From: an uncultured bacterium
GTDB lineage: Bacteria; Myxococcota_A; Bradymonadia; Bradymonadales; Bradymonadaceae
Assembly: GCA_937981985.1 (NCBI GenBank)
Contig: CALJNB010000017.1
Location: 21,534-85,533, forward strand
Length of the DNA: 64,000 nt
Direction of reading: 5' to 3'
The number at the start of each line of letters is the position of its first letter. The stretch's first letter is position 1. Shown piece after piece: positions 28,157-37,677 of the stretch. A program made the translations under genes and the position numbers. Under the pieces are notes generated by a model. It made no database searches. It had not been told where the DNA came from and worked only from the letters and a program-made list of their open reading frames with translations.

Positions 28157-31100
28157 ATGGAAATTCGATGAAACATTTAAAATTCTACATTCTCGGTCTC
28201 ATACTCTTTTCTTTTGCTTGCGGAGCCGACGGTACTGTTGACGATAATAGTGAGGGTGAACAACGAATCGGAAAGGAATCCCTTTTAATGGCCTCCAGTG
28301 GTGGTGAAAAAGGATTGGGAGCCAAAGACGATAGTGCCGTTGGCGCACAAGGGTTGGCTGTTCGAAATTACGATACGGCGATCTGGGACGTCACAAATCA
28401 ATGGCAGGATACCGATACCGCAAACGCACGGGAGGCCGGCTTGGCGTGGGGTGCAAACTCAGGCCTAAACTGGGATGAAAAATACTTCGCGTGGGTTGAC
28501 TCGTTAGGAAAAATCGATGGACCTACTTTTGAACTGGTTACGCCGTGGGGAAAAAAGTTGGGAGCACCCGCTTTAGAATGCGCCGAAGTCGGTATCTTTT
28601 TACGAATTGCGTTCTCAAGTTGGTACAACTTACCATTCTTCATGGAAGCAGCAGATAACCAAGGTCGCGTATTCACCGGTCATTTTGGAATGCGTCGCGA
28701 AAACGGCGTCTGGCTCAACGTAAAAAAGGGGAGAGATTATTCAAATTTATCCGACGATATCATTTCCGGAGCCGCAGCCTGGCCATCAGACCCTATTCTT
28801 AAAGGGCGAAAAATTGCCGGATCTTACGACGATGCGCAGCCTGCATTAGGCGGAGCTTCAGCCGGTGCTTATTTTGATGAAATCTTTCTCAATAAAAATG
28901 TCGGTTACTTCATGCTGACGACCTTAGCGTTTTTCGGATCCGTTAATCTTGGCGATGCCCGAAACACCTACAACCTTAAACCTGAGGCTATTTTGCCAGG
29001 AGACCTCCTTGTAAAACGTTACGATGTCGGTGGTATCGGTCACGTTTATATTGTTGCGAAAAAAGTACCCGCCGGAAGCCAAATCGAAGTAGAGTTAATG
29101 TCTGGATCGATGCCACGTCGTCAACCTGTTTGGGAAAACGCAGGTCCAAGCAAAGAAGCTTTCATAGCAGATGCAACCGGTGGACCGGGCGATTACGCCA
29201 CCTTTGGGGGAGGCTTAAAACGATGGCGAGTTGCTGCAGATATTGGCGGTCGCTGGACAAATATTGTCATGCCAGATGATCGCGGTAGTTGGATTGATTC
29301 GTCAGATACGGTGGCAACATCGGGTCGCATAGCAACCTTCAACACCCTTCTTAAAACACTCACAAGAGAAGAAAAACGAGAAGTGTACCTCTCCATTATC
29401 GAATCTAAACGTGAACACCTCCGTGAGCATCCGGCAAGCTGTTCTGCCCGTATTGCGCGCGACAAAGCGTTCAACCAACTCTTGAACCTTATGTACTATG
29501 AGTTTAATCGAACTCCCGAACAAACCTATTCCCAATACCGAACATTGGAAGACGAAGTATTCACAGAACTTGATTACGATTCATCCAAAACCTGTTGTTG
29601 GAATCGGAGCACTCCGGCGATGTACGAGATCGCAATGAAACTCAACACCGATCGACAAATGGAATCAGCGATGTGCATAGAGCCTATCGTTTTTATGAAC
29701 AGCGACGATGGTGGCGATGGTTACCAAGTCTTTCGTGACTACGCAGAATCGATCGGTCGCGGAGCCGAGTGGCTGGATTGGACCGAAGATGAAACGTGCT
29801 CACAGCGCGACGTAGCCCAAGACACAATGATACGCCCAACCAACTTCTGCTCGATCTAAGAATCCTCCTTAGAATAAGCTAAAACCCAAATTTTAAGACC
29901 GATTTAGGCCTTCCTCAACCCGAGGAGAGGCTCATGTGTTCTGCTGGCATTTTCCACCCGATCGCACCCAAATTACCGTTTTCTTTCAGAGAAATATTTT
30001 TATCTCTCTCATTATTGGAACGCTTTTTGGCATTCCTTCCATTAATATGTATACTGTACTCTCAGCAAAATTTGCATCCCGTAGGGAGGCACAAGATACG
30101 ACTAAAGATTGAACAGCTTGTGACTCATTATCCGTATCCGTTCAAAAACGGATATCAATTTTAGCATGGAAATTCATGAAACCTTTAAAATTTTTAGCTC
30201 TAAGCATCTTACTCAGCGCGTTTGCCTGCGGCGCAGACGGGCCTGTTGGCGGCGATGATGACGGAGAACAGCGAATCGGAAAAGAGTCCCTTCTGATGGC
30301 CTCAAGTGGAGGTGAAAACGGATTGGGTGCTAAAGACGATAGTGCCGTTGGAGCACAAGGATTGCGCGTACAAAATTATGATACCGCGATTTGGGACGTA
30401 ACGAATCAGTGGCAAGACACCGATACCCCGAACGCCAGAGTAGCCGGTTTAGCATGGGGCGCAAACTCAGGCCTAAACTGGGATGAAAAATACTTCGCGT
30501 GGGTTGACTCTTTAGGCAAAATCGACGGACCCACTTTTGAGCTCGTCACGCCATGGGGCAAGAAGCTTGGTGCCCCAGCATTGGAATGCGCCGAAGTCGC
30601 AATCTTTCTCCGTATAACCTTTGCAAGTTGGCACAATCTACCTTTCTTTATGGAAGCGGCTGACGCCCAGGGTCGCGTATTTACAGGTCATTTTGGAATG
30701 CGTCGCGAAAACGGGGTATGGCTTAATGTTAAAAAAGGTACAAATTATTCCAACCTTTCAAACGATATTTTGGCTGGGAACGCGGCTTGGCCATCAGATC
30801 CCGTACTTAAGGCACGAAAAATAGCGGGATCTTACGATGACGCACAGCCCGCACTAGGAGGTGCATCAGCAGGTGCTTATTTTGATGAAATCTTTCTCAA
30901 TAAGAGCGTGGGTTATTTCATGTTGACGACCTTAGCGTTTTTCGGGTCCGTCAATCTTGGCGATTCTCGCAATACTTATAATCTCAAACCCCAAGCCATC
31001 TTGGCCGGCGATATACTCGTAAAACGATATGATATTGGTGGTATCGGGCACGTCTACATCGTCGCGAAAAGAATCCCGGCAGGAGAACAAATCGAAGTAG

Positions 31101-31858
31101 AGGTCATGTCCGGATCGATGCCTCGTCGTCAACCCGTTTGGGAAGAGTCGGGACCAAGTAAAGAAGCGTTCCTCGCAGATGCAACGGGTGGGCCCGGAGA
31201 TTATGAGACCTTTGGGGGTGGCTTAAAACGATGGCGCGTCGCGGTAGACGTGGGCGGTCGCTGGACAAATATTGTAATGCCAAACGATAACTCCAATTGG
31301 ATTGATTCGACTGATACGGCGGCGACATCAGGTCGTATCGCCACTCTAAATACATTTCTAAAAACACTCACACGTGAAGAGAAAAGAGATGTTTATCTTT
31401 CAATCATCAACTCTAAGCGTGAACATTTACGCACACGTCCTGCAAGCTGTTCGGCACGTAAGGCACGAGACGACGCCTATCAAAAGTTAACAGACCATAT
31501 GTATTGGGAGTTTAATATGAGCTCAGAGGAGGTCTTCAAACGCTATAGACTTTTTGAAGACGAAGTTTTCGCAGCACTAGAGTATGACGTTTCAAAAACG
31601 TGTTGTTGGAATCGTAGTACCGCCGCGATGCACGACATTGTCATGCAGATGAATAACGAGCTACAAATGGAATCTGCCACATGCATGGAACCTGTCGTTT
31701 TCATGAACCGTGACGACGCTGGAGATGGCTTTCAAATTTTCCGTGAATACGCGGAGTCTATTGGTCGAGGATCTGAGTGGTTGGATTGGACGGAAGATGA
31801 GTCGTGTTCGCAAAGAGACATCGGAGAAGCAACCCTCCTACAAGCACCGGCTTTTTGC
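28157..31858 (+). repeat. Tandem duplication of a ~1.7-kb gene unit (28157-29850 and 30166-31858) separated by a ~0.3-kb unique spacer
   Basis: Similarity starts ~10 nt upstream of each ATG (ATGGAAATTC[G]ATGAAAC) and runs to the conserved FC near each C-terminus. It contains perfectly identical nucleotide islands, e.g. 28453-28502 = 30463-30512. Confidence 0.85.
28168..29859 (+). CDS. Uncharacterised secreted lipoprotein, paralog 1 (possible papain-like-fold Cys/His enzyme)
   Basis: Lipobox MKHLKFYILGLILFSFACG when started at ATG 28168. Aligns over its full length with the next gene. Conserved ALECAEVGIFLRI and GGIGHVYIVAK segments. Confidence 0.8.
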   Translation: MKHLKFYILGLILFSFACGADGTVDDNSEGEQRIGKESLLMASSGGEKGLGAKDDSAVGAQGLAVRNYDTAIWDVTNQWQDTDTANAREAGLAWGANSGLNWDEKYFAWVDSLGKIDGPTFELVTPWGKKLGAPALECAEVGIFLRIAFSSWYNLPFFMEAADNQGRVFTGHFGMRRENGVWLNVKKGRDYSNLSDDIISGAAAWPSDPILKGRKIAGSYDDAQPALGGASAGAYFDEIFLNKNVGYFMLTTLAFFGSVNLGDARNTYNLKPEAILPGDLLVKRYDVGGIGHVYIVAKKVPAGSQIEVELMSGSMPRRQPVWENAGPSKEAFIADATGGPGDYATFGGGLKRWRVAADIGGRWTNIVMPDDRGSWIDSSDTVATSGRIATFNTLLKTLTREEKREVYLSIIESKREHLREHPASCSARIARDKAFNQLLNLMYYEFNRTPEQTYSQYRTLEDEVFTELDYDSSKTCCWNRSTPAMYEIAMKLNTDRQMESAMCIEPIVFMNSDDGGDGYQVFRDYAESIGRGAEWLDWTEDETCSQRDVAQDTMIRPTNFCSI

Positions 31859-31915
31859 GCGGCAGGAAGTGGTAATAATTCCAACAATAACATGAACAAC
31901 TATACGAACTTCTAA
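30176..31915 (+). CDS. Uncharacterised secreted lipoprotein, paralog 2, with Asn-rich C-terminal tail
   Basis: Lipobox MKPLKFLALSILLSAFACG. Collinear with paralog 1. Cys138 (ALECAEVAIFLRI) and His292 (GGIGHVYIVAK) by my count. Extra tail AAGSGNNSNNNMNNYTNF. Confidence 0.8.
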   Translation: MKPLKFLALSILLSAFACGADGPVGGDDDGEQRIGKESLLMASSGGENGLGAKDDSAVGAQGLRVQNYDTAIWDVTNQWQDTDTPNARVAGLAWGANSGLNWDEKYFAWVDSLGKIDGPTFELVTPWGKKLGAPALECAEVAIFLRITFASWHNLPFFMEAADAQGRVFTGHFGMRRENGVWLNVKKGTNYSNLSNDILAGNAAWPSDPVLKARKIAGSYDDAQPALGGASAGAYFDEIFLNKSVGYFMLTTLAFFGSVNLGDSRNTYNLKPQAILAGDILVKRYDIGGIGHVYIVAKRIPAGEQIEVEVMSGSMPRRQPVWEESGPSKEAFLADATGGPGDYETFGGGLKRWRVAVDVGGRWTNIVMPNDNSNWIDSTDTAATSGRIATLNTFLKTLTREEKRDVYLSIINSKREHLRTRPASCSARKARDDAYQKLTDHMYWEFNMSSEEVFKRYRLFEDEVFAALEYDVSKTCCWNRSTAAMHDIVMQMNNELQMESATCMEPVVFMNRDDAGDGFQIFREYAESIGRGSEWLDWTEDESCSQRDIGEATLLQAPAFCAAGSGNNSNNNMNNYTNF

Positions 31916-31948
31916 GTTCATCGGACAATCAATTTTGAAGTCCTTTCT

Positions 31949-31984
31949 AGCCTCTCATTAATCTGGGAGGCTTTTTTATTTTGT
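31949..31984 (+). terminator. Rho-independent terminator after paralog 2
   Basis: Stem AGCCTCTC (31949-31956) pairs with GGGAGGCT (31965-31972), including one G-U pair. It is followed by TTTTTTATTTT. Confidence 0.6.
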
Positions 31985-32110
31985 GGACGCTTTTTATCAA
32001 ATCAGTTTAACGCTGATTAACTAAAAAGGTGGGGTTCTCCGCCGCGCAATTGTAAGCAATTTGAGTTTGAGGTAATAGCAACATACTATTTTCAGATTTT
32101 TGGATTTTTC

Positions 32111-33994
32111 ATGCCTTTCAAAGAACGTGTAAACAACCTCTTCCGCAATGATGATATAAAAATATTCTTCGGAATTTGGGTAAGCGTCCTCGTCTATTAC
32201 GCCTCGTTAATTCGTGTTCAATTTACTTTTGGTGACGGCCCCGAACTTCTCACCGCGATGTATACGCTCGGTGGTCCACACCCGAGTGGATACCCGCTTT
32301 TCACGATGCTAGGATTTATCCCCGCACAGATCGGAATCCCATCGCCTTGGTGGCTGGCGTCTTTTTGTACCGCCGCGATACCGGGCGCTTTAGCTGCAGG
32401 GTTTCTCTATCTTATCCTTCGAGAAACCAGAGTGATAAGACCTGTCGCAGTTCTTGGCGCTTTGTCATACGCTTTGAATACCCATATCGTTTATCAAGCC
32501 ACTCGTGTCGAAGTTTATGCGCTTCATTGTTTTTTAGGCGCCGTTGCACTTTGGTCAATCGCTGTATTCTTACGACTCGGTGAAAAAAAATATGCCTACA
32601 TCGCAACGCTTTTTACTTGTCTAGCCCTTGCGAATCATCTTACTAGCGCCTTTCTCATCGTCCCGATTACGATTGGAATGTTGATGGGAAATCCAAAAGA
32701 AATCGTCAAACCGAAAACAATAATCACCCTGCTTGCGATCGCCCTTCTTTGTTCAACGATTTATTTATATCTACCTATTCAGGCGATGACGAATACGGGC
32801 GACAAGATATCGTGGAACGATCCACAGGTACTTGAACGCTTTTGGTTCCACGTTTCGGGAAAAGAATACTCGATGTTTCGTCGTTTCGACAAAATACCCC
32901 AGACCCTCAATAAATTTCACACCTCTCTGAACAATACCTTCTTTCCAGGTATCTTGGTGGTTTGTGCGTTAGGTCTTTTCGAAATATTCTTAAAGCGCTG
33001 GAAATTACTTATCGTAATCTTTTTGTTTTCAGTTTCAACAATGGGCTACGTTGCTACCTACCCAATCAACGATATTTCAACTTACTACTCGTTGATTTTC
33101 TTCGTAGCCATTTTTCTCTTCGCTAACGGAGTGAGCTGGCTTGTTTCAGTTCGCTTCGCCGGAGATGAGCAAAATAAAAAAGTATTTAGTCTGCGCGTCG
33201 TAGCCGTCGTCATCTCACTAGCTTGGATTATCGGTCTAGCTTACACGTCTAGAAAGAATGGATATAAAGAAGCTGTAGCTCAAGAAATGAGCGAGGCTAT
33301 CATGCGCGATATCGAAGACCCTGCTATCATTTTCACCACCGTAGACGGACACACCTTCCCGATGTGGTATCAAGCCTATGTCGCAAATCCGGATAGAAAA
33401 ATGATTCCTATCGATGCCGTCATGTTCAAACTGAAGAATAAACAATGGTATCGAAATTTTTTCTTCGACAATTTCCACGACGTAAAGTGGCCAACCAACG
33501 AGCTAGCCCAAAAGGGCAATTGGAAGGAATGGATGATTGAAAATAATCCCGACATCAATTTCTATGCTCTTATGGATTCACCGTGGAAGAGTTCAAAAAG
33601 TTGGGCTGAAAACCGTGGTTGGCATGTCAAGCTTCATCGAGGTCAGCCAGAAAAAGCAGCCGACGCTACAAAATATGCGAAACATATTTACGTCGCGCGT
33701 GAAAAAGTATTCGGATCATCGAAGTACTTTTATGATACCGAAACCATTCATAAAAAAGGTGCAGGAAAAATTGCCTGTGTTGCAGAATGGACCAAACATC
33801 CTGGAATCAGTGCAGATTGGTCAATAAAAGGACCCAATGATGAATTATTCATTTTCAAAGATCACAAAATCCCAAAAGGTAGCAATCAGAGTTGGGAATA
33901 CTTAGAAAAAGACCAACAGTCGGTCGGTACCTGGACGTGCAATGTCAGTAGGAAGGGCGAAAAAACGCTCCAGAAAACCTTCGTGATCGAATAA
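32111..33994 (+). CDS. DUF2723-family membrane glycosyltransferase-like protein (PMT/TMEM260-like)
   Basis: N-terminal motif FGDGPELLTAMYTLGGPHPSGYPLFTMLG is typical of DUF2723. About 10 TM helices, followed by ~250 aa of soluble C-terminal domain. Confidence 0.72.
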   Translation: MPFKERVNNLFRNDDIKIFFGIWVSVLVYYASLIRVQFTFGDGPELLTAMYTLGGPHPSGYPLFTMLGFIPAQIGIPSPWWLASFCTAAIPGALAAGFLYLILRETRVIRPVAVLGALSYALNTHIVYQATRVEVYALHCFLGAVALWSIAVFLRLGEKKYAYIATLFTCLALANHLTSAFLIVPITIGMLMGNPKEIVKPKTIITLLAIALLCSTIYLYLPIQAMTNTGDKISWNDPQVLERFWFHVSGKEYSMFRRFDKIPQTLNKFHTSLNNTFFPGILVVCALGLFEIFLKRWKLLIVIFLFSVSTMGYVATYPINDISTYYSLIFFVAIFLFANGVSWLVSVRFAGDEQNKKVFSLRVVAVVISLAWIIGLAYTSRKNGYKEAVAQEMSEAIMRDIEDPAIIFTTVDGHTFPMWYQAYVANPDRKMIPIDAVMFKLKNKQWYRNFFFDNFHDVKWPTNELAQKGNWKEWMIENNPDINFYALMDSPWKSSKSWAENRGWHVKLHRGQPEKAADATKYAKHIYVAREKVFGSSKYFYDTETIHKKGAGKIACVAEWTKHPGISADWSIKGPNDELFIFKDHKIPKGSNQSWEYLEKDQQSVGTWTCNVSRKGEKTLQKTFVIE

Positions 33995-33995
33995 A

Positions 33996-34904
33996 ATGAT
34001 TCTTTCAGTGGGTACAAAAGTTGTCCTCCAAAACGATCTTAAAACCATCGGTGGAAAGAGTATAAAGATGACGGGCTCGGTGGGAACTATCCGAGTCTCT
34101 CCAAGAGACAACGCGCACCGATACCGAATCGGATTCATCGATGAAATGGAGGTCATGGCAACCCGAGAACAAATTGCCATTCTCAAACATTTCCAAAACA
34201 TCGATTTTGGGCAAAACCAAAATGTCATTAATAAATACAATTTATTCAATCACGTCATTCTAAAATGCATCGTCGGATCAAGGGCCTATGGTCTAGATCA
34301 CGAAAAGTCCGATGTGGATCGTCGGGGAATCTACCAATCACCAGCACAGTTACATTGGTCCTTGGAGGCAGTACCTGGTCAGCTAGAAATTAAAGAGACC
34401 GACGAATGTTATTGGGAACTGGAAAAGTTTATTACCTTAGCGCTCAAAGCAAATCCAAACGTGTTGGAAGTATTATACACCCCCATTGTTGAAGAAGCTT
34501 CAGGAGCCGGACAAATCATTCTAGATCATAGGGAATACTTTCTTTCCAAACTGGTTTACCAAACCTACAGCCGTTACGTTTTATCGCAGTTCAAAAAAAT
34601 GACGAATCGAGTTGAGCGTGGAGACGACATACCGTGGAAACCGGCGATGCACCTCATTCGTTTATTGCTTTGCGGCATCACTATCTTGGAAGAGGGATTT
34701 GTGCCCGTCCGTGTAGAAGAACATCGCAAAACCTTATGCGAAATACGAGACGGATTAATACCATGGATCGAAATTGATAAGTGGCGAAAAGATCTTCAGA
34801 TTAAAATAGATCTCGCTCACGAAAGAACGACATTAGCAGACCGTCCAAATTATAACGCTATTGATAAAATACTCATAGATGCGCGCCGTAGTTACGTCGC
34901 TTAA
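33996..34904 (+). CDS. Pol-beta-superfamily nucleotidyltransferase (RlaP/PF10127-like) with ~80-aa N-terminal extension
   Basis: Motif GSRAYGLDHEKSDVDRRGIY (GS-x-YG...SDxD). The conserved downstream region ECYWELEKF...KANPNVLEVLY resembles RlaP-type NTases. Starts 1 nt after the upstream stop. Confidence 0.65.
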   Translation: MILSVGTKVVLQNDLKTIGGKSIKMTGSVGTIRVSPRDNAHRYRIGFIDEMEVMATREQIAILKHFQNIDFGQNQNVINKYNLFNHVILKCIVGSRAYGLDHEKSDVDRRGIYQSPAQLHWSLEAVPGQLEIKETDECYWELEKFITLALKANPNVLEVLYTPIVEEASGAGQIILDHREYFLSKLVYQTYSRYVLSQFKKMTNRVERGDDIPWKPAMHLIRLLLCGITILEEGFVPVRVEEHRKTLCEIRDGLIPWIEIDKWRKDLQIKIDLAHERTTLADRPNYNAIDKILIDARRSYVA

Positions 34905-34919
34905 CGCTTAAAAATTGGA

Positions 34920-37052
34920 CTATTTTAAAAGCTTTTTTCGATAATCTTTTATCGAATCAGAAAGCGTTTGTCCTGCCCAAGTCGCGAACAGGTCACTGGC
35001 TTCGCCCTTCATAGTTTCATTTGAACGAATCGATGCGTTCGCGTCGATAATAATATCCACGGGCATTGTAGGATTTTGTGTAAGGTTGCCTAAACGCAAA
35101 CCAGCACCGACTTTCTCACACCTATTATATCGAATTTGTATCTCGCCGATGATAATTTTTAGCGGAAGTTGAAGGGCGTTTGTATTCAATAGAGTTTCGG
35201 TAATTTTTGTGGGTTCAGAAATCGCAAAAATTCCACCACCACAAGCATGTGCGGTATTGTTATTAATTTTGGCTAAACCGCGAATTCTAATTCGCCCATT
35301 CGACGCCGCAATTCCACCACCGTTAAGTGCAGCAACGTTCTCTGAAACACTTCCCCCTCTAACATCAACACTTCCTCCTAAATGGCATGAGATAGCGCCG
35401 CCGGATGCGTTTACAGCCTGATTTTTCTCAACGACACAATCCTCCAGCTGAGCTATTGCCGTTCCCAGAATGCAGAACGCGCCTCCGAAACCTCTACAAA
35501 TATTTGACGAGATACTCGTTTGCTCTGCTTTCAAAAGCGCGTCTTTTTCCGGCGTACCCACAACAAAAACACCCGCCCCGAGGTGAGATTTATTGCGTTC
35601 GATTCTCGAAGCGTAGTTATCTTCAATGATGGTCATTCCGCTGGAGAGTAGCGATATAGCCCCGCCGGCGACTTCAGCTAAATTTTCAATACATTCGAGA
35701 TCTTTTGCTTTTATTTTTGTTTGTAAACCAAATATTGCACCACCAAGTCCAGTTTGTTGTTCCCAGGTTTCTAACACTCGGTCGGGCTGAGCGGGATTCT
35801 TCTGGGGATCCAACGCGACATTTTTTTCGAAACGAACCGCGTCTAAAACGAAGGGACGTTTTGCGCCATCGATGTACACACCTCCACCTTGTCGTGCGCT
35901 ATTTTCCTTGAGCACCGACGATTGTATCAGAACCGTACTTTCACGAACGAAAATCCCCCCGCCCTGAAGAGCTTGGTTTTGCCTGATCATTGAACCCAAT
36001 ACTTCAACACGAATCTTGGGAAATTCTGAGCCGGCTCGTTCTATCCTAATGCCGCTACTCGTAAATTGTTCAACTACACAGTTAACGATCTCAACAGAAT
36101 CGCTGCGTTCGATAAAAATACCACATTGATTCGGAGTCCTTCGACCTACGATATGACAGCCGAAAATTCCTTGTCGACTGCCGCTCATAAACTTTACGGC
36201 ATGGGACTTATTGGGATCGGCCAGAATTGTAACCCTATCGATATCATCGAGTTCCTGTTGGGATACCCACAATAATCCGTCTCGTGAATTAGAGAAGTTC
36301 GGCATTTTCGTATTCACAATCACAATATTTGGAGGGACTTCAATCGAACACTTATAGATCCCTGGCTTTATCTTAATTTGCACCCCTTTAGGGCTTTTAG
36401 AAAGCATTGCTCGCGCTGCAATAATAGCCCTCTCTAAGTCAAAAAAACGAAGCGCTGTTTCTTTATTAAGCCCCGAATCGACGACGATAATCGCGCTATC
36501 TTCGAAACCAGAAGGAATAAATATAACGTTGACCTCTGAGGGAGTTAAAAGCCGTTGGTTTTCAACCACCGCCATAAGCGTACTACTATCGCTCGCCAAA
36601 TCGACATGCGATTCCTCGGTCAAATCGATTTCAAATGAACCATCAACATCAATCGCTTCGACTTTTCTTAATTTGGGCTCTCTATCTTTTTTGGGCTGAC
36701 GATCGATTTCCTTCGGTGGTTTGATTTGAGCTTGCTCTTCCTTTCGACCCAATATCGGAATAAATCCAATAAGCGCCAAAAAGAACGCTAAAACGAACCA
36801 GGGCATCATGTCAGCCACTTTTACGCGTTCTGTGCATAGCGATTTTACAAAATCGTTTTTTTGCATGAGCGAGGGCCTATTGTTTAACTCTTCCTTAAAA
36901 GCAAGAACTTGAGGATCTGAACTTTGTGTCTTGGACAACTCCGATTGCACACTCATTACACAATCAAACGACGGATAGAAAAACCCGGCACCCAAAGCAA
37001 CAAAGGAGAAAAAGAATATGATGATTACCCATTTTTTCTTAGATTTATTCAC
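34920..37052 (-). CDS. Membrane-anchored protein with right-handed parallel beta-helix (Pmp/pectate-lyase-like) repeats
   Basis: Two N-terminal TM segments. The C-terminal ~450 aa carries recurring GGGIF/GGGVY/GGAIF/GGAIS/GGGIA turns every ~25-40 aa. Confidence 0.62.
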   Translation of the reverse strand: MNKSKKKWVIIIFFFSFVALGAGFFYPSFDCVMSVQSELSKTQSSDPQVLAFKEELNNRPSLMQKNDFVKSLCTERVKVADMMPWFVLAFFLALIGFIPILGRKEEQAQIKPPKEIDRQPKKDREPKLRKVEAIDVDGSFEIDLTEESHVDLASDSSTLMAVVENQRLLTPSEVNVIFIPSGFEDSAIIVVDSGLNKETALRFFDLERAIIAARAMLSKSPKGVQIKIKPGIYKCSIEVPPNIVIVNTKMPNFSNSRDGLLWVSQQELDDIDRVTILADPNKSHAVKFMSGSRQGIFGCHIVGRRTPNQCGIFIERSDSVEIVNCVVEQFTSSGIRIERAGSEFPKIRVEVLGSMIRQNQALQGGGIFVRESTVLIQSSVLKENSARQGGGVYIDGAKRPFVLDAVRFEKNVALDPQKNPAQPDRVLETWEQQTGLGGAIFGLQTKIKAKDLECIENLAEVAGGAISLLSSGMTIIEDNYASRIERNKSHLGAGVFVVGTPEKDALLKAEQTSISSNICRGFGGAFCILGTAIAQLEDCVVEKNQAVNASGGAISCHLGGSVDVRGGSVSENVAALNGGGIAASNGRIRIRGLAKINNNTAHACGGGIFAISEPTKITETLLNTNALQLPLKIIIGEIQIRYNRCEKVGAGLRLGNLTQNPTMPVDIIIDANASIRSNETMKGEASDLFATWAGQTLSDSIKDYRKKLLK

Positions 37053-37104
37053 AATCTCGTTTCACCGCCATTGATTAATCTTCTTTCCAAACTACAATCT
37101 ACCC

Positions 37105-37509
37105 ATGACAAAATCATCAGAAATATTGCTGCCCGGAACCGGCATACTCGCCACCTTGGATTTATCATCGATTGATAAGGAAGGCCAAGGAATAGTTTTC
37201 GAATACGAAAACCGACTCGGTAAGACATCCAAAGGATTTGCCATGAAATGGAAGGATGGCTTCGTAGCATTTCAAAACCGCTGTCCGCATTGGTCACTCC
37301 CTTTAGGCGTTGACGGCGACTTCTTGGATTCCTCAGGCGCGTTCATATTCTGTCCAACCCACGGAGCGACTTTTTCACCCGAGGATGGCGATTGTAAAAC
37401 CGGACCCTGTGTGGGCGCACAACTACAACAATTTGATATCCGCCCTACTGAAGAAGAAGGGCATTTTGAAATCCTCTTCATGAAAAAAGAAATTCTAAGC
37501 ACCAAATAG
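37105..37509 (+). CDS. Rieske [2Fe-2S] domain protein
   Basis: CPH (CPHWS) and CPTH (FCPTHGATF) ligand boxes 20 aa apart, plus the disulfide-type Cys pair CKTGPC. Confidence 0.85.
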   Translation: MTKSSEILLPGTGILATLDLSSIDKEGQGIVFEYENRLGKTSKGFAMKWKDGFVAFQNRCPHWSLPLGVDGDFLDSSGAFIFCPTHGATFSPEDGDCKTGPCVGAQLQQFDIRPTEEEGHFEILFMKKEILSTK

Positions 37510-37677
37510 GCATCGTTACACATCTTCACAACGGTCAATCCGCCGCCTCAAAACAATAAGAAAGGCGATTTGGATCAATATTGGATTCTTCAATCAGTGG
37601 AATCACATTCGACTTTAATAGTTTTCTTTCCAAACACCATTTCGTCTTCTACCCTGTAAAAAAATGATGGAGTAATC

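Noticed and set aside
29934-30164. 76-aa hydrophobic ORF in the spacer between the two lipoprotein paralogs (immunity-protein-like idea for a polymorphic toxin pair)
   Set aside because: - There is no equivalent ORF after paralog 2.
- There is no obvious ribosome-binding site.
- The composition looks like translated AT-rich spacer.
- The paralogs lack recognisable toxin-delivery domains.

I kept only the note that the spacer has two hairpins: one at about 29918-29942, and TATCCGT-N6-ACGGATA at about 30132-30151.
28157-31858. Diversity-generating retroelement (TR/VR) explanation for the diverged C-terminal parts of the paralogs
   Set aside because: No reverse transcriptase or accessory gene is present in the window. 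The differences are spread over whole genes rather than focused on adenine positions in a short repeat.
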